From the NCBI GenBank assembly GCA_963668675.2, contig CAXXMB010000001.1, forward strand, positions 544,001 to 608,000: 64,000 nt of DNA. The letters are read 5' to 3'. This document shows, in pieces, positions 58,989-64,000 of the stretch. Origin of the DNA: an uncultured Desulfatitalea sp. (lineage in GTDB: Bacteria > Desulfobacterota > Desulfobacteria > Desulfobacterales > Desulfosarcinaceae). The first letter of the stretch is position 1, and the number at the start of each line of letters is the position of its first letter. The position numbers were made by a program, and so were the translations under genes. Under the pieces are notes generated by a model. That model was not told the DNA's origin, made no database searches, and saw nothing but the letters and a program-made list of their open reading frames with translations.

Positions 58989-61262
58989 ATGAGCACCACC
59001 CCATCTTCAGGCAGTCCGGAGAGAAGCGCAGGCAATGACGCAATGACGACTCCGGGAGATCCGCGGCAGATTCTGCTGATCGAAATGCTTCACCTGCTGG
59101 GCCTTTTTCTGAACCATGCCCGGTATGCCAAAGGCGCACGGGCCACAGCGGTCATGTTCGACCAGATCATCCAACGTTTAAAGACGATTAACAAGCTACC
59201 CGGGCATGACGGTGGACTGATCTTGCGGCGTATCGCCAGTAAGGCAAGAACATCTGCCGGGAAGCAAGACTACCATATCCTGTTTGGAGATATGGCCTTT
59301 AGTGGATCGGAAGCATCCGTCAACAACAGCAAAACGCATAAGAATACCGGACACCTCTCCGCTGCATTGGAGCAAACGTTCGGCTATTTGGTGGAGCAGG
59401 GCATATCGGCACTCTTTATCCAACTGCCTGGCGACTCGCCTGAGCGGATCGATCAGTTGCGATTGGCTTTCAATATTATTGCCCGCTATCATCACGCGGT
59501 AGAGAACAATGCTTCCATCACGTTTCGCTATTTTGGACGCGCCATGACCATTCCGCTGATCAAAGATCGTCGGGGAAGGCCGGATCCAAACTTAACCCTC
59601 GTTGCAGGCCTCAACAGCCTATCGGCAATGAACATGCGTGAACTCCTGAAACAGGCCGAAGCGTTCAGTATGCTTTCGGGTGATTCGCCGTCTGAACTAC
59701 AACTGTTTAGCGACTACAATCAGGTGTTTCGTGTGAGAAGCCTGAGAGCCCAGCTTGTTCGGCCTTTGGTGGAAATCAACAACCTGCCCTGGATGGCATT
59801 GAATGGAAGTGATCCAGGGAGCCATGAATCTAAGCGAAAAAACAGGTGCTGTGACGGACAGGATAGACCCGTCGAGGAGAATCAAGCAGCTGCAGAGAAG
59901 GAGCAGGTGAGCGAAGTGCTCTCCCCGCAATACCTGTCGGTTTACGTGGATCAAGCGGATCGGCAAGTGGCCGAGGCGATGGAGATGATATTCGGCACTG
60001 AGGTGCTTGGGTGTCGATCCCATGAAATGGGGCAATATCTCGGGGCGGCCACCAAATTGTTGCAAACAATGGAGGCAGATCAGGTCGATGCCGTTCCGAT
60101 GGAAAAATTGATAGATTTTCTCTACAATCGGTTAGATCAACTTCCCGAAGGGCTGTTGGATGAGCTGAATCCACAACGACAAGGCCTGAAGATAGAAGAG
60201 GAGGGGAAAACCTTCCTGATCGGCATGATCCATCCCAAACTGCTCGATCTACTCGGATCGATAAAGGAACGGGTGCTGACCCAGCAAAAACTGGATTCCG
60301 TGAAGTCCCTTTCCCGGGAGTTATGCTCGGACAGGGCCCGCTATTTGCCGGAATGTTTCGATATCGCCGAAGACGACACTCCTGACGTCCTAAAGATGCT
60401 CAGATTCTGTTTGGGGAGCAGGGGGAGATTGAATCGACAGCAGTTTAATGCCCATATCGATCAGATGGGCGCTATGAAGAATCCTGCCTTTGAACTGCTG
60501 TGGTGCCTCGTTCGGCAGGCGGAAGAAACCGAACGCATAAGCGCCCTGTTGGACGCACTACAGATGCTATCCATACGCCTTGAAGACCCTTGCAGGGCGA
60601 TCGGATTTTTGATGACTGATCTGTTCCAGGTGTCGACCATGGAAGTTGACAGGGACAAGAACGCTTTTATTCTGATCAACTCCATGCTGCTTCGCTCAAA
60701 TGGAGAAAGTGATAGATACACGGATCGAACGCCTGACAAGGTTCTCTCATTCAGAAGCGTTCTCGATGCCTCCCTCCTTCGTTACGTTGCCCGCCGTTTG
60801 GCCATCCACCGGAACCGTGTAGCGGCCAAATTCAGGTCGATCAGGGTGCAACTGTTAAGGTTCCAGAATGACTCAGTGGCGTCTGACGCCTCATCACTGC
60901 TGGATTTTCAGCTGACGCTCTCTATGGAGCGGGAGGGAATGGTCTTTATGGCTTTGGCAGGTGGTGAAACGGGACGAGAGATTATTCGCGATGCGTTTGG
61001 GTTTTATAGCGATATCGAGAATCCTCTTTATCAGGCGGCTTTGACTTCATATCTGCCCAATTTGATAGAACATATTGGATTTGTTTTGAGGGCGATTGCA
61101 ATCGTTGGCGGCAATGAGGATATAACGACTCTCAAATTTATCGAGCGATCTGCAGCGCAATGGATGGCGCTGGATTCAGATTCAACGCACATCCGACGCG
61201 TTCAACAGATGCTGAAATTGGTGCCGGCAGCGATAAGACATATTCAAGTTCAGGCGCATTGA
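58989..61262 (+). CDS. Large hypothetical protein upstream of pilB
   Basis: 757-aa uninterrupted ORF, largely helical, no recognised motif; start may be downstream (e.g. 59043). Confidence 0.75.
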   Translation: MSTTPSSGSPERSAGNDAMTTPGDPRQILLIEMLHLLGLFLNHARYAKGARATAVMFDQIIQRLKTINKLPGHDGGLILRRIASKARTSAGKQDYHILFGDMAFSGSEASVNNSKTHKNTGHLSAALEQTFGYLVEQGISALFIQLPGDSPERIDQLRLAFNIIARYHHAVENNASITFRYFGRAMTIPLIKDRRGRPDPNLTLVAGLNSLSAMNMRELLKQAEAFSMLSGDSPSELQLFSDYNQVFRVRSLRAQLVRPLVEINNLPWMALNGSDPGSHESKRKNRCCDGQDRPVEENQAAAEKEQVSEVLSPQYLSVYVDQADRQVAEAMEMIFGTEVLGCRSHEMGQYLGAATKLLQTMEADQVDAVPMEKLIDFLYNRLDQLPEGLLDELNPQRQGLKIEEEGKTFLIGMIHPKLLDLLGSIKERVLTQQKLDSVKSLSRELCSDRARYLPECFDIAEDDTPDVLKMLRFCLGSRGRLNRQQFNAHIDQMGAMKNPAFELLWCLVRQAEETERISALLDALQMLSIRLEDPCRAIGFLMTDLFQVSTMEVDRDKNAFILINSMLLRSNGESDRYTDRTPDKVLSFRSVLDASLLRYVARRLAIHRNRVAAKFRSIRVQLLRFQNDSVASDASSLLDFQLTLSMEREGMVFMALAGGETGREIIRDAFGFYSDIENPLYQAALTSYLPNLIEHIGFVLRAIAIVGGNEDITTLKFIERSAAQWMALDSDSTHIRRVQQMLKLVPAAIRHIQVQAH

Positions 61263-61328
61263 TAATTGATACCCGGTATGTGAAGCATACAGACCCGCAC
61301 AAGCGGTGAAGAGAGGTGAAAAAAAGAC

Positions 61329-63158
61329 ATGCCGATGGAAAAGTACTCCAAAAATGTTTTTAAGTCCGATCTCGTATGCAAAATACTCATTCAGCATAAA
61401 TTGCTGGCCACGAGTCGTGCAAAGGAGATATTGCGTAAAAGGGATACGCTTTTCAAAAGGTTGGAGGAGCTTAAGGCCCAAAAATACGAGCAGTCGGAAA
61501 CGAAAGAGCTGATCAACAACCCCATTACCATTGTCGATGTCATCGCATCACTAAAACTGAACCGTTTGGACAACCCGGGTCTGCCACTGGATGAAGAGAC
61601 TATTTTTGAAACCCTGGCCAGGTACTGGAATGTGCCGTTTTTCAAGATCGATCCATTGGAATTGGATCTGAACGTGGTCACTACGACGATTCCGCGCTCT
61701 TTTGCGATGAAACATCTTGTTTTGCCGGTAGGTATTCAGGATGGTGTGCTCACCGTGGCCATGCCCGACCCTTTCAATTTGGAGGTGTTGGATAATATGG
61801 CCATGGCCAGCAAATTGAAGGTCCGCCCGGTGGTGAGCCCTAAATCCGATATCATCAAGTTGATCAACGAGTTTTTCGGTTTCAAAAGATCGATCGTCGC
61901 TGCAGAGGATCAATTCGGCGGTCCGAGTGTCGATTTGGGCAATTTAGAGCAATACGTCCGCTTGCGATCAGCGGATGAGCTGCCATCCAATGACCAACAT
62001 ATCGTCAATGCTGTCAACCATCTCTTTATCTATGCATTTGATCAGAAGGCCAGCGACATCCATATCGAGCCCAAACGCGAAGTGAGCCTCGTACGCATGC
62101 GCATCGACGGCGTGCTGCACACTACTTATAAACTGCCCAAGGCTGTTCACTCAGCCATTATCAGCCGTATTAAGAACTTGGCGCGTATGGATATGGCGGA
62201 GAAGCGGCGCCCCCAGGATGGCCGTATTAAAACAGATAAAGGCGACGTCGAGGTTGAGATTCGTGTCTCCACCATACCCGTCGCATTTGGGGAGAAGGTT
62301 GTCATGCGCATCATGGATCCCGATATCCTCTTTCGGGATCTCGAACAATTGGGATTTTCTGCCGTCGATCTAGAGCGGTATAATGATCTGATCACCTTGC
62401 CGCACGGAATTTTGCTGGTGTGCGGGCCAACGGGAAGTGGTAAATCAACCACGCTTTACTCCACTCTGAGCAAAATCAACAGTCCGGGAATCAATATCAC
62501 CACTGTCGAAGAGCCGATTGAGATGGTCCACGAAAGCTTCAACCAGATCGCCGTTCAAAATCAGATCGGAATCACCTTCGGCTCAGTCCTGCGTAACATT
62601 TTGAGACAGGATCCGGATGTGATCATGATCGGTGAGATGCGGGATCTGGAAACGGCTGAGAATGCGATCCAATCCGCTTTGACAGGGCATCTGGTCTTTT
62701 CTACGCTGCACACCAACGACGCACCGTCGGCTATCATGCGGCTGCTTGAGTTGGGAGTGCCCAGTTTTCTGGTCCAGGCCACTCTTTCCGGTGTTCTGGC
62801 ACAGCGGCTGGTTCGTAAAATCTGTAACTACTGCAAAGAACCTTTTCAGATGTCAGCCGATAAGCTGCGATCCATGGGGCTGGATGTGAATCGAGAGGGC
62901 GTCTTGGAGCTTTCGAGGGGGAGGGGATGTGAAAAGTGCCGTGGTACCGGATACATGGGGAGGACCTGCATCCTGGAATTGATGCCCTTTTCAGAATCCA
63001 TTCGACACCTGACCAGTGCAGAGGCAGATATAGATGCAATTAGAGCAAAGGCCCGCGAGGAGGGGATGCGCACGCTGAGAGAGTGTGCGGTGGAAAAATT
63101 TCTACAGGGTGTCACCACTTATCAAGAGGTGCTGCGGGTCACATGGGAGCAGCAATAG
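61329..63158 (+). CDS. pilB: PilB/GspE family assembly ATPase
   Basis: ASDIHIEP, PQDGRI, GPTGSGKSTTLY, LRQDPD, STLHTNDA, tetra-Cys (CNYC...CEKC). Confidence 0.88.
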   Translation: MPMEKYSKNVFKSDLVCKILIQHKLLATSRAKEILRKRDTLFKRLEELKAQKYEQSETKELINNPITIVDVIASLKLNRLDNPGLPLDEETIFETLARYWNVPFFKIDPLELDLNVVTTTIPRSFAMKHLVLPVGIQDGVLTVAMPDPFNLEVLDNMAMASKLKVRPVVSPKSDIIKLINEFFGFKRSIVAAEDQFGGPSVDLGNLEQYVRLRSADELPSNDQHIVNAVNHLFIYAFDQKASDIHIEPKREVSLVRMRIDGVLHTTYKLPKAVHSAIISRIKNLARMDMAEKRRPQDGRIKTDKGDVEVEIRVSTIPVAFGEKVVMRIMDPDILFRDLEQLGFSAVDLERYNDLITLPHGILLVCGPTGSGKSTTLYSTLSKINSPGINITTVEEPIEMVHESFNQIAVQNQIGITFGSVLRNILRQDPDVIMIGEMRDLETAENAIQSALTGHLVFSTLHTNDAPSAIMRLLELGVPSFLVQATLSGVLAQRLVRKICNYCKEPFQMSADKLRSMGLDVNREGVLELSRGRGCEKCRGTGYMGRTCILELMPFSESIRHLTSAEADIDAIRAKAREEGMRTLRECAVEKFLQGVTTYQEVLRVTWEQQ

Positions 63159-63210
63159 CGAAGGGGTGCCAGGAAATTGCACGTGGGCTCAAAGGTCCTT
63201 TAAAGTAAAT

Positions 63211-63252
63211 AAAAAGCGACAATCGGAGCAGTTTCCGATTGTCGCTTTCTTA
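63211..63252. terminator. Bidirectional intrinsic terminator
   Basis: AAAGCGACAATCGGA-loop-TCCGATTGTCGCTTT between convergent genes. Confidence 0.85.
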
Positions 63253-63276
63253 ATCAGGTAAAATTATCACACCCGA

Positions 63277-64000
63277 TTAAGGGGTGTGAAATGGCTGTCC
63301 AGGTGAGATTTTTCGGCTGCTGCTCGTGATCACCACTGTCGATGTCGTTTTTTCGGTGTGCAGGACGAGCAGGGAGCCTATGGTTACAGGCGCCAACGGA
63401 ATCTTGGCTCCACCGGAACCGCCCCGTCCATATTCCTGGTAGTAGATATTATAGATTTGTCCGGGCACTATCTGGTCATCTGTTCCTTTATCAATGAAGG
63501 CAGTAAAAAGGTCTCCAAGCATTTTTGTGTGCTCTTCACCAACGAGAACATGACCTTCGATTCCGGGGGCACTCTCCACCACGGACAGGATGGGATTGCG
63601 GGGCTCGTAGCGCATCACAAGATCACCGACTTGAATCTTGCGGAACGAATCCATTACCTTGGCAATCGCATAATCGTTATTGACCGTCATGATTTCGACA
63701 ATGCCCAGTATATAGTGTTGGGCCCCGAAGCTCCTGGCTTCCCCGGGATATAAATTTCTGTAAACTGTCATTCGCAAACCCGGTGCAAACGACTCGGTTC
63801 TTCCGCTGTCCGGATACTTGATATAGATTTGATCATCTTTACTGATCAATTTTTTATTGTCCAGGCTTTTAAAAATTTCACCCATGGGTACGACAGAGGG
63901 ATCTCGGATGAAACCAACGCGGTCTATTTTAGAATAGAGAAAGTCGATTTGAGGTTCCAACTCCTCCTCGGGTGTCGTGGCCTCTACCTTTGGCGCGGTC
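63277..64000 (-). CDS. C-terminal part of a probable LysM/TsaP-like periplasmic protein (partial)
   Basis: Frame stays open to the window end (TAPKVEATTPEEELEPQ...); beta-rich repeats such as LGIVEIM, IQVGD, FIDKG...PGQ, IGSLLVL. The LysM domain itself is not visible. Confidence 0.6.
   Translation of the reverse strand, partial: TAPKVEATTPEEELEPQIDFLYSKIDRVGFIRDPSVVPMGEIFKSLDNKKLISKDDQIYIKYPDSGRTESFAPGLRMTVYRNLYPGEARSFGAQHYILGIVEIMTVNNDYAIAKVMDSFRKIQVGDLVMRYEPRNPILSVVESAPGIEGHVLVGEEHTKMLGDLFTAFIDKGTDDQIVPGQIYNIYYQEYGRGGSGGAKIPLAPVTIGSLLVLHTEKTTSTVVITSSSRKISPGQPFHTP

Overview
64-kb bacterial chromosomal window, most likely from a sulfate-reducing Desulfobacterota (inferred from gene content, tRNA-Sec and repeat families). 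Left part (1-21 kb): partial alpha/beta hydrolase, rlmD, and two MntA nucleotidyltransferase antitoxins whose HepT toxins are both destroyed. Between them lies a sat-cysC fusion with a degenerate sulfurylase site, followed by cysQ, galE, acnA, a small-peptide/DUF547/flavin-disulfide-reductase/TVP38 operon directly downstream of tRNA-Sec, larC, pgpA, lepB and pyrBC. Right part (19.7-63 kb, all + strand): pilR, a sigma54-driven long type IV pilin, a pilin-associated ABC/TPR trio and glycosylation/amidation genes. A complete T6SS core (tssJKLM-tagF-tssABC-hcp-tssEFG-clpV; no vgrG/PAAR/effectors) sits inside this pilus supercluster, followed by minor pilins, PilY1, a large hypothetical and PilB. 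Best novelty candidates: (1) the T6SS accessory genes (a Zn-finger/kinase-like protein with six T-V-[VI]-[ILM] repeats, an apparent FHA-less TagH C-terminal domain, a TIR-like protein); (2) the 43-aa Cys/His peptide operon behind tRNA-Sec; (3) the two toxin-dead MntA/HepT cassettes bounded by GT-rich simple repeats. All family calls are motif recognition by eye; no searches were run.
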